A stretch of 64,000 nucleotides of DNA from Trichodelitschia bisporula. Its lineage: Eukaryota. The DNA lies in contig ML996688.1 in NCBI GenBank assembly GCA_010356995.1, positions 1,178,001-1,242,000 of the forward strand, in the 5' to 3' direction. The translations under genes and the position numbers were made by a program. Of the stretch, positions 49,414 to 64,000 are shown piece by piece. Position 1 is the first letter of the stretch. Every line of letters starts with the position of its first letter. The notes under the pieces were generated by a model that saw only the letters and a program-made list of their open reading frames with translations, made no database searches and was not told the origin of the DNA.

Positions 49414-50333
49414 CTTGAAGCGCTGAGCAGTTGATGTTTGACGGTTCTTTATGTTCGCACTGAATGTATCAGGGGGTGTGGAGTGGCTTAGAGTCGCTCG
49501 TGCGCGTTATGCGTGTCCATTGCCAGCGCGTCACGCGTAAACGAGCAGCTGACGATGACTGGATGTTGTGTGAAGCAGGCGCCAATGTGAGGACGAAAGG
49601 AGCGAACGTCCGGTAACCTGTTCACCTGTCGGATACGGCGACGTAGAATGCAGTGGATGATACCCCAAACTATAATTTCGATGACCAACGTGTACTGTGA
49701 TGTGTGGTGAAGGTGATGCAGCAGGTCTTAGCGGTGTCGTGGAGGTTACACAAAGTCTCAGCTAGGCCACGATGACGTCCTTGACACCTCGGGGAGCTTG
49801 AGCCACTAGCGTCGTGCGGTTAAGTAAGGGGCGCTGTGGCTGACTGCCGAAAGCTGTGGCTTCGCTTGACTGCTGATTTGCCTTGCTTCAAGCTTGCTGC
49901 GCCCAAGGGGCCTCCCCCAATCATTTTGCGGGGGGAGCCGTTGGCCGGCGCGGCGCTGGGGATAGTCCGGGAACTTCAACTCCAAACCCTCCCAAAGGAC
50001 AACTATCCCCTCCACTCACAACACTCTAGCAAATCCCCCATCAACATCCTCGTCCTACACACCACTACCCCATCTCACATCTCCTTTGCCAGGCGCATCT
50101 CATCGAAGGCGGCCCTGTTCAACTGGCTCGCCGATCCCGATCCATCTGCACAGTAGGGCGCAAGCTCAGCCAGCCGCCAATCCAGAGCCTCCTGCACGCC
50201 CGACACCGGTCCGAACCGACGAGAATCCTGCACCGCCCCCGCCAGATCACCGAGAGCAAACGCTGTATTTGCAGAAAATTCCCCACACGCGACCGCCTCC
50301 CGCTCATGCGGGCTGCGTGCCGATACAGGCATC

Positions 50334-52608
50334 ATGGCGCTCGCTAGAGATGCAGTCCTTGCTCTTATGAGTGCGTCCCCAAGCCCGATCCCCGGAGATT
50401 CCTGCTAATATACCCCACCAGAGCGACAGACAGACGCAGACCCCGATGGTCAGTCTAGCATGCCACCACCCTCGTTAAAATGACATTCCTGATCAAGGAG
50501 CATATAGAACCCGACGCGTCTCAACGAGAGATTTCGACATCATGGTCGCTCTTCATTCTCATCCTGCTGCTCATCGTGGCACTTTTTGCCAGCTACATCC
50601 TCCAGACTAGAAAGATCCAGGCGGTGCACGAGACGGTCATGTCAATATTTGCTGGTACGGCCCCTACCAGACCGAGCTCCGGATTTCGAAACTTTGGATG
50701 CAGGCTTCGATGATTCCAGCGCTTGGTTGGTCCCGTTGTGACCGGATGGCTTACTTTATCAGGTATGGTCATTGGCCTGGTATTGCGGTTAGCAGCGTCG
50801 AACGCCGTCTTAAGCAATGTCAGTTTCGACTATCAAATGTTCTTTAATCTCCTCCTCCCGCCGATCATCCTCGCTTCCGGCTTCGAGCTTCACCAGGTAT
50901 GGATAGTCGCTACGAGTACGGCAGTATGCTGATTGCGCAGGGTAACTTCTTTCGAAACATCGGAGCTATCCTTACGTTCGCCTTTGCTGGGACGTTCATA
51001 TCTGCCTGCGTACTAGGGTTTATCCTATACATCTGGACGCGGCTGAATCTGGATGGCGTGAACATCAACTTTGTCGAGGCCATGTCGGTTGGTGCCACCC
51101 TTTCGGCTACAGACCCAGTGACGATTCTTGCCATTTTCAACACCTACAAAGTGGACCCGAAGCTCTATACCATCATCTTCGGCGAATCCATCCTGAACGA
51201 TGCGATCGCCATTGTGCTCTTCGAGACGGCGCAAAAGTACAAAGAAACATCAAACACGTTGACGGCTTGGAGCCTTGTTGAAAGTGTCGGCATCTTCTTC
51301 CTCGTATTTTTTGGGAGCTTGGTGATCGGCCTCATCGTCGGCATGGCAACGTCACTCATGCTTAAGTTCTCCCATGTACGACGGTTTCCCAAGACAGAAA
51401 GCTGCATCATCATCCTCATTGCATACGCGAGCTATTTTTTCTCCAACGCTATCCACATGTCAGGTTGGTATCCCCGCTAGGTGTATGGCTTCGCTAACTC
51501 TCCAGGCATCGTATCTCTTCTGTTCTGTGGCATCTGCATGAAGCATTACGCATACCATAACATGTCGCGCCGCACACAGCTGACGACCAAGTTCGTCTTC
51601 CAGGTTACGGCGCAACTTTCGGAGAATTTCATCTTCATCTATCTGGGGCTTTCGCTCTTCACAGAATCCAGCTTGGTCTTCAAGCCGCTGTTCATTCTCA
51701 TGTCTGTCGTAGGGATCTGTGTCGCACGCTGGTGTGCCGTCTTTCCCCTCTCACGCCTTATCAACTCCTTCCTCCGCTACCGGGCTCGGCGGCGCGGTAA
51801 CCCCGGGTCAGCTGAAGAGATTCCATACTCCCACCAGGTCATGCTCTTTTGGGCTGGGCTGCGCGGTGCTGTTGGGGTAGCTCTCGCAGCCGGTCTTACT
51901 GGGCCCAACGGCTACGTGCTTCGCGCCACAGTTCTGGTAGTTGTTGTGCTGACAGTCATCATTTTCGGTGGTACTACGGCCCGTATGCTCGAGATTCTCA
52001 ACATTCGCACTGGCGTCGTGGAGGAAGTCGACTCTGATGACGAGTTCGATATTGAGTACATCAGCAGCTCTCGTCAAGCGAACGGGGACGGTATCATGTT
52101 CGTACGCAAGGGCGGTGCCGCCATCGGCCATATTCCCCGCCCATCGGCTAATGGCCTTGCCCTCGAGCTGGATACACAGCGCGCTATAAGGGGCGAAAAC
52201 GGAACCTACTCATCTGGCACCAGCCCGAACGGACGATCGCCATCGCGGCGCAACTCATCGCGCAAGATCGATGCCTCCTCCCAGGGCCTGCTCTCGGGTG
52301 CTGACGAAGGTAGCACAACGGACTACGACGAGGACGGTACGGATTTGGACCTCCCGCCTGCGGCACGTCGGCCGACAAGCAGCGCGCCCGAGGAGTCGAT
52401 AGTGTATCCGACCTCGGGCAGCCGCGTGGAAGTTGGGCGGGCGGATCATGCGCCTAGCAGTCAGAGCCGGTTGGCAGGTGCGACGGGTGCGATAAGTCAG
52501 TTGATATCGGGGCTGAGCGAGGATCCAGCAGACGCATTCCGGCAGATTGACGAGAACTTCATTAAGCCTCGGCTGCTGCTAGATCCGAACAACGGGCATG
52601 GAGTCTAG
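50334..52608 (+). CDS. NHX1: Endosomal Na+(K+)/H+ exchanger, multi-exon; start approximate
   Basis: FFNLLLPPIIL.SG.EL, GNFFRNIG.ILTFAFAGT, SATDPVTILAIF, FGESILNDA, WAGLRGAVGVALA. Confidence 0.9.
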
Positions 52609-53167
52609 GCTTCTGGGAGCTGGTTTGGATGGAGTTTGGGATGATTATGGATGCATTTGTGTCGCGTGTGTGGGTAGCGTGGATGGAATAGTGCATTCCT
52701 CGCGCGGGGTATGGCGTCTGTTAGGAAAAGATCCTGCTTTTTGATACCCTGTGCCTTTCAAGATGTGACTGTTGCTTGGTAAAAGGCGGTGTTGGGCCAA
52801 GTAGAACCGGGCATGAAATGGAATGCTCCTTCCTTTCTGTCTTATGCTTCAACCCCGCCCGATAGCCATTACCACTACCGTTTCTCTTGAGATCACACTT
52901 AATTTTGCAGTTCCATAAAAGGCGTTATTAGAAGCGAGTGCTATCCAGGGTGCCCATTTGGATTACCTTAAGCTCAACACCAAATCTAACCGGATCCGCG
53001 CAAAGCATTTTCGTGATGTCATGTGACCGCAGGGCTACCTTCCACTTCAGATCCTCAAACTGCACGACCATAAGCCACGACGAGTTGGATATATTCCGCT
53101 GCTCGTAATACCTTTTTATCCTTTTTAACGCTTAGATCTCGTGTGCTGCCACAGGGCACCCTTCAAA

Positions 53168-54731
53168 ATGGTGAATATCACAGAAAAGATCAAGGAGTGA
53201 GCCCCACCTGTATCTCGCCCGCGATCAGGACTAAGCATCATGCAGGATTGAGGATGAGATGCGTCGGACGCAGAGTATGCACCCTTCCGCAAAAAGTGTA
53301 TGGCAGCTAACCAGTCGCAGAGAACAAGGCCACTGGTGCGCTAGCAGGACTTTGCATCTACTCCCGCATATTTTAACAATTCTACAGAATACCATCTCGG
53401 CTTGTTGAAAGGGTACTACACCCGACGTCACCTTTTCTTGCATCTTTACGCGCCAGCAAGCTAATACCCATCACCAGAAAACTCGCCCGCCTTCGTGCCC
53501 AACTTCTTGAGCCCGGCCCCGGCAGCGGAGGTGCCGCGGGCACAGGTTTTGACGTCAGCAAGAGTGGTGACGCGCGGATTGCGCTGGTTGGTTTCCCGTC
53601 GGTTGGGAAGTCTACATTCCTGTCCAAGATCACCAAGACCAAATCCGAGGTCGCGGCGTACGCTTTCACGACTCTCACGGCCATTCCGGGAGTGCTGGAG
53701 TATGGCGGCGCAGAGATTCAAGTGCTTGACTTGCCTGGGATTATTGAGGGAGCGGCGGAAGGTAAGGGGCGTGGACGGCAGGTTATTAGTGCGGCGAAGG
53801 TGAGCGGTGCTCGGTGTAGGTGGGGCCGTGATGATGGCTGATGGCGAGCAGACGAGCGACCTCATCCTCATGATTCTCGATGCTACGAAGCGCGCGGAGC
53901 AACGGGCACTTTTGGAGGCGGAATTGGAAGCCGTGGGAATACGGCTGAACCGAGAGGTGCCGTAGGTCTCTCTATATCACGGCATTGCCAGGCCCAAGCT
54001 CACAAGTGCAGTAACATCTACCTCAAAGTCAAGAAGGCCGGCGGCATGAAGATCAGCTTCCAGAACCCGCCTAAGAATCTCGACGAGAAGATGGTGTACA
54101 ATATCCTCCGCGACTACAAGATCCTCAACTGCGAGGTGCTGGTCCGGGACGAAAACGGTGGGTCTCTTCTTGCCCCTTTTTGCGGAGTTGAGCTAATGGG
54201 TCAGCCACGGTCGACGACTTCATCGATGTCATCATGAAGGACCACCGGAAATACATCAAGTGGTAGGTATCTCGTGCCTTGCAAGGTATTTAACGCTAAC
54301 TGTTCCGCCAGCCTTTACGTCTACAACAAAATCGACTCAGTAAGCCTCGAATTCCTCGACAAGCTCGCGCGCGAACCGCACACCGTCGTCATGAGCTGCG
54401 AGCTCGACCTCGGGATTCAAGACGTGGTCGAGCGGTGCTGGAAAGAGCTGCAGCTGATGCGCGTGTACACGAAGCGGTATGTGCCCGTTTGTCTCATTTG
54501 CTGCTGGTCTAACCGCCGCACAGGAAAGGCATCGACCCGGACTTCTCCGAAGCACTAATCGTGCGCTCCAACTCGACCATCGAAGATGTGTGCGACCAGA
54601 TCCATCGCACGCTGAAGGAGACGTTCAAGTACGCTCTCGTGTGGGGTGCGAGTGCCCGACATGTGCCGCAGCGGGTTGGCTTGTCACATGTGATTGCAGA
54701 TGAGGATGTGGTGTCAATTGTGACGAAGTAG
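53168..54731 (+). CDS. RBG2: Developmentally regulated GTP-binding protein 2 (DRG2/Rbg2), many small exons
   Basis: [67 protein letters not shown]-terminal TGS domain ([16 protein letters not shown]). Confidence 0.88.
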
Positions 54732-56586
54732 AGACAGTAATCCGTAAAGCTCGATGAATGAATATGTTGTCCTGCTCCTGTTCGAGTGCGTAATCATCGT
54801 CGTTGATATTCAAAGTACATCAGCTCTCTTTTGATCCGTGTCGACTAGCCCTTCGAAGATATCATCTCAACAAAGGCACGCTTTTCGACAAATGCTTCAG
54901 CGCGACCACCTGCGCTGTGAAGACCTTGCCACCTTCCAGTTGTCGCCAGGCAGCTCAAGGCAGCAGCTACTTTGCAGCCGCCAAGCCCGCTCCGAGTAGC
55001 CCGCCGGAGTGCGGTTGCCCACCAAAACTTTCCGGATAATTTATTTTCCGAGCACGTGCAGTGGTCTGTGCACCTGCTCCCTCAGGATATAAAAGCTGGC
55101 ACTCTCTCCTTCCAAACCTCTTCTTCTTTTCTTCAGCTCTCTTTGCCTTTGGCTTAGATCAAGTGTAGTATCTGTTCTTTTCAGTTTAATCTCTGAAACG
55201 ACTCTACGGAGTCACTTCAAGATTAATCTTATTTTTGTCACTCGCTGGCCTGGCCTCTGTGCTTGCGCATGTCGGCCGGCACTGTGTCGCTCCTATTGCA
55301 CTATCTGGAGCTGACGCGAACACCCTTTTTCATCGTCCTTTTCGGCTTGTCCGGGAGGTGGAAGAAGAAGTCTTCACTTTCAAAGGTTCTCTTGACGGTT
55401 CCAGTCTAAACGCTATCGGGTTGCTGTTATGTGGTCCTCTCGATATTCGCCACTTGGAAGGGTCTGCTCTCGCTCCCAGTGCCCGTATCGTGAATCACGC
55501 CTTCCCATGATCAAGACATGGGCCATGAGACTGCTCTGCGACGCAAGCAATATGCATGCTACCCTACCAACGTACCCATCTTTCCAGACGAAGAAGCTTA
55601 ACCGTTCCTCCCACCCCCAGCTCATACTTTCCGACCATCCCATCGCATGTCTACCCGCCACCTTCTTCGTCGAGCCGCCCTTTGAAGCCGCGAACAACTT
55701 TGGAAAGAGTGAACCAAGAACGGGGCCCCCCTCGCTACTGCTAGTTCGCGTCGGTTCAGGCGGTATGGCATTCTTGCCTTCGTTCACTCGGTCAGGCGAC
55801 GACAACCTCTGGCTTCTCGCATATACGGTACAAGTGGAGGGACGCCGCCTAGAACTACATTAGCTGTGAAGAGAAGTTGACGATGAATCATTGTCGAGTG
55901 TCCTTGTTCACGGGCGCCAGGCGTGAAATCACATGGTGGTCGAGTTTCTCAGTCTACAACGCTGACCGGAGTCCTTATGGCTTCGTCAAAGTCAAACAGA
56001 ACTCCAATTCAAACACCATGCCCCATAAAGCATGCTCCCATAATCTATGTTCTAACGTCTGCATCAGTCCGATGCCTAAGCCGACATCATGCCATGGCGA
56101 TTAACCGTATAGCCCGCCTCGCTAAACCACTGCCTGCCCCCTATGCCGTTGTGTCCACCTTGGGTCGGCATCTGCATAAACATGCCCGCCATTTTCTCTG
56201 CGGCAGCCATCGAGTCGCGATACCTCTCTCTGTTCTCCCAATCGTACTGCGCCGCAACCCCCGACTGCTGCCAATCATCATATTTGAGCCGGCGTCGCTC
56301 ACCTTCGGGCGTCTGCCGCGCCCACACGGCTGGCACGCAGAGCCCGGGGAATGTCGGACCGAAGGGCGTACGCGCAAACCGTGCTTCCACGACATTGAAC
56401 ATAGCGCCGTACTGGAACCACGGGAAGAGATGGTGAAAGACGTCCCATGGGTACACTTCGTAGCACCAGCTCGAGACGTCGAAGAAGGCGTAGACGTAGG
56501 GGCATGTGAACCTCGCGAGAACCTACGGGAACCAAATTTTTTAGCACAAAGGTCATAGGTGATGGATGATAGTAATAGCGAGGATG

Positions 56587-58251
56587 TTAGGACGTGGTCT
56601 TGCCCCGTACATTCCAAGCCGGGAACTGTGGCAGGTCCGGATCGTTCAGCCTACTCTTCGTTAGAATAATCGACAAAGTAAGCACTGGTAACTCACTCCA
56701 AAACCTCGAAGTCAAGGTACGGGTACAGCTTCGTCTCGTGCCGCCGGTAAAGACGCATGAATTTCTCGTTCGGCACGTGGATGGCCTGTGGGCCGCGATC
56801 GATCATATCTTGCATAATACGTGGGGCGCAGTACAAGGGGTCGAAGACGAGGAGGTTGCGAGTGCCGTCCCTCATTCTCTCGAGACCGATAATTGTCATC
56901 GAATGGCAGGGGCGTTGGAGATAGATGGGAGGCTTGAGCGTAGTAACAACCTTGTTCAGGTCATGCGGAGCACTACTGCGGAAGTAATCCTCCACCCAGT
57001 CGAGGAGACGTTGGTGAGCATATCGGCCATGCTGGTCGCCAAATGTGCGAGCCATAACCTTGATGTCCATGTAGTGGTAAAGTGCGAGAGCCTAGAATCA
57101 TGGTCAGAGGGTACCCTTAGCAACCGCCCTGAACTCACCTCCATGGTACCAATCCATTTCCGAGTCCCCAAGAGCTGGCCAATCTCTGCACGGCTCGTTT
57201 CACAGATCCCCTGATCCCAGGCCTTTTCGATCCAGTCTTGCAACTGCAAGACACCCGGAGTACGCCCTGGAAACTTCTCGTAGCCGGGAGCCTTCGCCCC
57301 CTGGATGTAGGAGACCTGCATTTGAAGGTTGCGGAAGCCACAGAAGCCGCCCTCGTTCTTTGCCTTGCCAATCTGAAGCACACTGGGGTGGCAGTAGTAG
57401 GCGGTACGGACCCTCGGATCAAGGGCTGAGAGACGAGAGAGGATGGGAAGAACGCCCGATGTTTCGCCTTCGACCACCTCCTGGACAGTGTACCGACCGT
57501 CACGACCAAGCTTCTTGATCTGCCGCATCGGCGGGCCATCTTCGAGCTGCTTGAAGAGCCACGCTGGCATCCGGTCCTCGTACGCATAAGGACCTAGCTC
57601 GGAAGCCTGCTCTTGAGTTAGCGCACCGTCTGCGCATTCTTTGAGACGTACCCCAAGCCTTGATCCATTGCGCAGACTCTTAGAGGGCCGACCCTGGCTC
57701 ATGTTTGCTACCCAGAAGAGAAATTTGCGGCCTAATCCAATCCGGTTATTGTTCTCCTTTCCCGCAGGAGAGTGTCGCTTGACTCGTCTGCGGTGTGATG
57801 AATGAGTATGGCTGGGGGAGCGGATCTTCTTATGTTTAGTCGATGACCGTGATGGCGAAGATGATGAATGAGCTGTATGCAATGCCGATAGATCTTTCGC
57901 TTTGCTCCGTGAAGGTGTTGGCTGATGGTTTTGTTCCTGGAATGTGACATCCTCGGCCTCGTGGAGATCCAGGTGCTCGTTGATATCCCCCAGCAGGAGC
58001 TGCTCGCCGCAGCCTTCTTCGGGACAGAGCGCATACTGATTATTGGCGTCCATGGAAGTTTCGTCCTGGGGCTGCTGTTCCTTCATGTCCTCTTCGTACC
58101 CAGGTAGGCTAGCAGTAGAAGGTGTGGCGGGCTCGTCGTCACGGACAACGAAGGGGGAGTCGTCAGTGTGAGCCTCCTCGACGTGGAGGGTGAGGGCATA
58201 TGGGTCCGGCAGTCTCTGGCCACAAATCGGACAAGGCTCAACGTCAACCAT
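56587..58251 (-). CDS. Peptidase C78 family (ZUFSP/Mug105-like deubiquitinase) with N-terminal zinc fingers, multi-exon
   Basis: CPIC...LHVEEAH and CPEEGCGE...EHLDLH zinc-finger-like motifs; GGFCGFRNLQM (catalytic Cys); LQDWIEKAWDQG; GTRKWIGT; HSMTIIG; LLVFDP. Confidence 0.82.
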
Positions 58252-59063
58252 GGTGGAAAGATGAACAGTTTGCACCGCTCCATGCAGTATTTGGAGGATC
58301 TAGCCTAAGGTCGAAGGTAAATCACGCAAGACGCTCACAGTTGAGAGAAGCAGCTCGGAAAGTCAAGAGTGTTGGAGCATCAGCAGAGCATGCTTGGCAA
58401 AACCATAAAGCGCAACAAACATAACTTTCAACAGGCAGCAAAGCAGCAAGGAGCAAAGCAGCAAGCAGCAGGTGGACGGCACGATATGCTGGCAAAGTGA
58501 GTATGGTGCTGACAAGTCTTGTTGGTTTGCGTGGACGGCCAACGAACCAGTCAGTCACTGACCCCCATCGTACAGCTGTCACGTGTAATGCCCGTTTTCA
58601 CGGCAACAACGCTGGAGACAAAACATTAACTCTGTAAATGCTCCGCCGACCCTCGCAGCGGGACCTGTTAACTCTAACCGCCCCAACTCCGGCCGACTAC
58701 GATGGGAAAGTGCTAAATACAACATGCAAAGATCATCGTTCGCCTTCGTGTCAAATGATACCTGACGACAGCAGTTGAGCTGCATCAACCGCATGACCCC
58801 TCCTCGTCTGCGTGATGTTCGTTGCATATGAAGGGCTTCAGATGCAAAACCGAGGTCATGCCGACGAGACCCATAGGACGAAGAATTACACCCCTCAGAT
58901 ATGCTCCCGCGCCTCCAAGGAAAAAAACGCAAGATTATAACCAAATAGAGGCCTCGGGTCGGGAGGGTGTATCTAAACGTGAAGGCGCGAAGTGCGCAAG
59001 AACAGAGCTGAGCGGAGTGAGAAGGCTAGCAGCTAAACACAGAGGACGTGACATTGTTACGGA

Positions 59064-62000
59064 TTATATCCCCTCGACATCACTGATGGCAAGCCCTTGA
59101 GCCTCAGCTCCATGGCCGTTCGTGTGACCGTACTCGGCCTTTTCTTGTTGCGCGATGGCTTGCGCTGAAACGATCTCAGCCAGGCGCCTCAGGCGGGGTA
59201 TTTGGAGCCCTGCATCGGTCAGTCGTCTGGATACACTGTGAGCTTAAAGTCCTTACATGAGGGAGTGTACGTCTCGAGAGCCGTGATCACCCGCGGTTCC
59301 GCAATCTCGTACGGACCACTGTCCTCCATGTCTACGGCAGTGAGAAGCAAGACATCGCTCTTCTCAGTGACCCTGGAAGCTACTGCCTTCATGATCTCGC
59401 CGTTGATGGGCTGCTCATAGTCCGCAACTAGGTACTGGTTGAGAAGCTTTTGGATCTGATTTGGCGAAAGCCTGAAACTTGTAAGCACTTGTCTACCAAG
59501 CTCACGGCCACTACTTACATCCAGCAAATATCTTGAATGATTTCGATGTCATTCAGAGTGGCCTTCTTCAGCTGCAGAAGCTTCGTTGCTTGCTGTGATA
59601 TCGTCAGCAATAAAGCCGCGGATGTTTGGGGATACTCACCATGAGATGCTCGAGCTGCAGAGTGCCTTCTGGCATGTCATGACTCTTGCACCATTCCTCG
59701 ATCCGGGTGATGTTGTAGTTGATCTGCAGGCCGCGCTTCCAGGACAGGAAGTTACGACGCATGAGTAGATCATTGAACGCCGTGACACCCACAAGCCTCA
59801 AGAGCTCGGTTACTGTCTGCGTAATGATAGAATCCTCTAGGTAGTACGCCTTCATCGCCCGGTAGACGTTGTTCAACAAGCTCAGAAGGTTGTCCATGCT
59901 GTACGCCGGAGTGCTGCTCGAAGCGAGGAGCTTCCCAAGGAATCTGTTGCCCTCGTTCGTGACGAAACCGGGAAGTGACTGCGACTCAATAATTGCAGGC
60001 ACGATCATTTTGTGCAGCTTCTTCTTGAGCACCTTCATCCAAGTGTGGTAGATGTTGAACTCAAGACTTTCGAGATCGTGCTTGACGATCTCGAGAAGAC
60101 GGTCGTACTCGTAGTTGTCCGTCTTTTGCTGCTCGTACCAATCTTCCGCGAGGAAGACGAAGGAGAGCATTTCGTGCACGTTGGACAGCCAGAACGCACC
60201 TGGGTTGATGGCTTCATCGCCGTCGTGCTGCATCACCTCTTGCTGAATAGACTGCATGACATTTGCGAGGAAGCGCTCGGACTCCTTGACGAAGCCATTG
60301 TTCCACATCTCAGAGGTGACCAGATTGATGAGGTATGCTGGGAAGAGGACCTCCTTGTCGCTGGGCGGCGGTGTGCCACTAGGCAGTGGGATCTTCAGAT
60401 TCTTGATAAGACCCACGGTAACCTCCTCGTTGAGGCCCTCCTCATCAGAGAGAAGGCTTTCGAGCTCTATCTCAACGTTATCATGGCTGGGACTAAACGT
60501 AGAGCCAGAAAGATTTGGCCGGTGTGCTGTCGAAGTGACAGCCATAGAAACGGGACGAGGGTTGTATGTACCGCTGTAGCGATCTGTAGAGATCTGTTCC
60601 GCGCCCGCGCTTCGCCGCTTCGGTCGCTTAGAAGACACCAAGTTGATAAGGCCGTTGATGGGCGCATGGGCAGCGTTACCATTGGTAAGCTCCCCATTGA
60701 GCGGCCCTTGCTGCTTGAGCCGCTCCAGCTGATCTTGCAGGTCGGCCAGCTGTGCTCGTAGAGACACCTTTTCGCTTTCTTGGTGGCTGTTGCGTTGCTT
60801 GACTGCATTGAGTTCCTGGGTGGTCTCCTTCAAAGACTGTCGCAAAGCTTTCTCCTCTTCCTGTAAGCGCCGCATGTTAGCCGAGCTCTCCTCGTAATTT
60901 TGCTGGAGACGCTTGTAATCGTCTTCCATCGCGCTTAACCGTGCCGCATTGATGCCAGCCTGATTAGCTTCCGCCTGGAGTTCCTTTGCGCGTTGCTCGA
61001 GGGCGTTATGACGAGACTTCCACGACTTGAGCTGCCCTTCGTAGTTCTGAACTTGGTTCTGCAGCTCCTTGTTCTGCTGTTTCATCGAACCCAGTGACTG
61101 GGTCAATTCTACAACCTTGTTCTCCAGCTTGTACGAAATCTGCTTCAGGTCGCGGGCCTCTTCACGCTTGACCTTGTAGTCGCGCCGGGCAATCCGTCCT
61201 CTCGACAGACTCTGAATGAGGACCACCTTCCGGCGGTATTGGCGCCAGGATTTCAGCTGCTTCCTAGATCGCCAGTTGCGCTGAATCATCCGAGCAGCAT
61301 TGCCAACGCGAGTATCGAGGATATGCTTCCGGCACAAATAGCCCTTCGCGGTTGCTTGGAACAGGATGACGTTGTTCCGAACCTCGATGTACCTCTTCCG
61401 CTCCTTCGATCCGCGCCAGAAGCACTGGATGGTGGTAGCAGCCTTGGTCTTCCGGGCGTCCTCGGCCTTTGCACGAGCCATGTACGCTCGAGACAACGCT
61501 TGCAGTTCGATAATGGATGCGCGCGCCTCAAGGTATTTGCGGCGGTAGTATTTGCAGCGAAGATTTTTCTGGATCATGATGGCTGCGGAATTCAGTCGAG
61601 CCGTGCGCAGATTCTCCAGGAAGGCAAGCATGCCGGCACGGAAGAAGATTTTCGTCAAGCCCAACTGGTACTTGTCGGCGCCGACGTTTTTTCCAGATCC
61701 AAGCGCTCTGCTGAGGATAGCATCCGCCATTTCGCGGATCTCTGGGGTCCAATGAGCCGAAGGAACGAGCATGTAGTAACGGAGCGCAAATTCTTCGTAA
61801 GTCCATCGTGTGGGGTACCCAGCACAGCTGATCCGGACGGTCTCGAGCACACCACAAGCGCGAAGTTGGCTCAAGACCATAGGGCCCTCGAATTTCCAAG
61901 CTTCCTTGCCCTCGTTTGGTTTGATACAGCGAATGTAATGCACATCCGTCGAGTTAATGGTGTTCATCAGCTCGATGAGGGACGACTTGAAGATGCCACC

Positions 62001-64000
62001 GAGGGTTGGCTTGCGGTTGACAGCACCTACCCTACGTCCGGACGCAGCAATGGCGCCAGTCCGCTGGCTCATGTTGGCGCTGTCTTTTTCACGGGCAGCA
62101 ATGGAGACCTCGAGAACCTCAGTCAAGAAGCGATTGGACGATGCCCTGAGAACTTCCAAATGCTCGTCAGGAACAGTGTCCCGATTCTTCTCAATGAAGC
62201 CATCAGACTCGTAGGTGACGTCGATAGCATAATGGCAGACAGTGAAGGACGACTTGCCAAAGCGCGGCTTCTTGTAGAACTTCTGCTTGTCTCCGGCAAA
62301 GTTGTGGTGCAACTTGTTGACGAATTGCTCGTCGGATCCCATGGGCAGGCGAGACTCTTCATCGAGCAAGGCAAGAACACCCATCTTGCCTTCGATGAGA
62401 TCAATACAAGGCTGGTTGTCGGAGAAGTCGATGAATGTCCAGTCAATCTGTTCGCGTAGATATTCCTCCTGTTCGAGCTTGAAAACGTGCTGATTGAATT
62501 CCTGCTGCAGCTTCTCATTGGCGTAGTTGATGCAAAACTGCTCGAACGAGTTCTTGGCGAAATGCTCGAAGCCATAGATATCAAGAACGCCAATGAAGGA
62601 GTGTGCATGACTCAAGACTTCGTCGGTGGCAAGGCTGCTGTTGATCACATCCACAAGCCAGTCAAAGAGACTGGAGTAAATGTACTTGGCGACGGAATCC
62701 CGTACCACTATAGCCTGCTGCTGGGTGAGGTTAGACATGATTTTTTCGCCACGCGTAACCAGCTGTTTCTTGACCGTCCATTTGGCGAAGTCGCTTGCAT
62801 CGATTCCAAGCAACTGGCAGGCTTTCACCAACGATGGCTCGTTGGCAGGAAGGACAGAATCCGTGCGGGTTGCTGTGATCTTGATATTGCCCATGTGGAG
62901 AAGAGCAGCCAGGAGACGGAATATCTGTGATTGCTTTTCCGAAGGAACTCCAATTGTGGTGAGGGAAACCCGAGTGGCATCAAATTCAGCCTTATCATCA
63001 ACACCGTCGATGACGGGCGCGCTACCCTGGTTGAGGTAGCTGAATTCGGTTACCGGCATCAGGCCCAGTTCCTCCCGCTCTGCATCGGTAGCGCCGGCAA
63101 CGAGCTGGTAGAAGATGTGGTAATTGCGTTCCTTCAGGGGTTGAAAGACTAATCTCGACCGCTCCAACAGGTATGTCCGGATCTTCGCTCCGATGATGTC
63201 CGTGTTCTTGTTGAACATAATCTCGATGTACTTGCCAAATCGGGAGGAGTTGTCGTTACGGGTTGTTTTCGCGTTACCGAACGCTTCCATGATGGGATTC
63301 GTCGCCAGGATCTGCCTTTCTGTATCACTCATCCCCTCCGCCTTGCCTACCGACCGTTTGCCAGGGTGATCGGGGGACTCTCGCGTGGCGAAGTAGCGCA
63401 TGATGTACTTTGCGCTAACGGTTTTTCCAGCACCGGACTCACCGGAGACAACAATGGTCTGGTTACGGTCATCGCGAAGCATGTCGCTAGATTAATGGTC
63501 AGTCTCTGTGATTCCGGCAGGGGTTGGAGGAACCTACGAAAAGGCTTCCTCCGCAATTGCAAACAGATGTGGTGCTTGCGATGACCGATGCTTCCCGGCG
63601 TACACCTGGACCATTCCAGGCACGTACAAGGAGTCCACCTTTGCAAAAGGGTTGGTAGCTATGAGGACAATGCCAGAGTATGTATAGATCTCCTTCTGAG
63701 CATAGCGGAGCTTGATTGCCTGCAGGACTACATGTGGCGTAAGCTTCCGTCTCCAACCATTGCACGGTTAGAGTACATACCGGCAGGCTCGTTGAGATGC
63801 GAAAGGTTGGTCAGATCATCGCTGGCTTCCAACATGGTCGGGTTCATCAGCGGTGGAAGGGAGTTGGTCCGGTCCTTTTCGAGGGTCGCTAGGTCGGTGG
63901 TGATGGTTTTCGACTGCAGGATCATTCAGTTAGTCTTGCTCGTCTGCAGAAGGCCATGCGATAAGGCGTAGACAATACCTCTCCGTTAACCAGCTCGAAC
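59064..64000 (-). CDS. MYO2: Class V myosin; 5' end beyond the window
   Basis: GESGAGKT P-loop, NDNSSRFGKY, DIYGFE, IQ repeats, coiled coil, DIL domain (SWKRGLQINYNITRIEEW). Stop TAA at 59064-59066. Confidence 0.96.

Noticed and set aside
55085..56456. TATA-like site at about 55088 and ORFs including 56076-56456
   Set aside because: The 126-aa ORF could be real, but I have no motif or splice support to call it.

Overview
Intron-containing, GC-rich filamentous ascomycete DNA. Most of the window is housekeeping genes: CAF1, complex I B12 subunit, FLX1-like carrier, RSM10, PNP1, MTC1, GPI19, NHX1, RBG2, a peptidase C78 and myosin V. The standout is a compact candidate fungal RiPP (dikaritin-type) cluster at about 9.1-28.1 kb. 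Its secreted, Kex2-processed repeat precursor (22946-24002) shows 28 copies of (EA)0-2-[DE]P-IFARVD-KR, one of them spanning an assembly gap. The predicted core, IFARVD, has no Tyr. Around it lie three UstYa/DUF3328-like oxidase genes: one canonical, one divergent with two intact HxxHC motifs, and one with both motifs degenerate. There is also a Zn2Cys6/AflR-like regulator, a second AflR-like protein with no visible zinc cluster, and a SUT1-like transporter. A copper amine oxidase follows directly, a subtilisin lies further out, and two short retrotransposon-like relics bracket the region. All family assignments come from motifs I recognised by eye, not from database searches. Exon boundaries were inferred from GT/AG and branch-site patterns.
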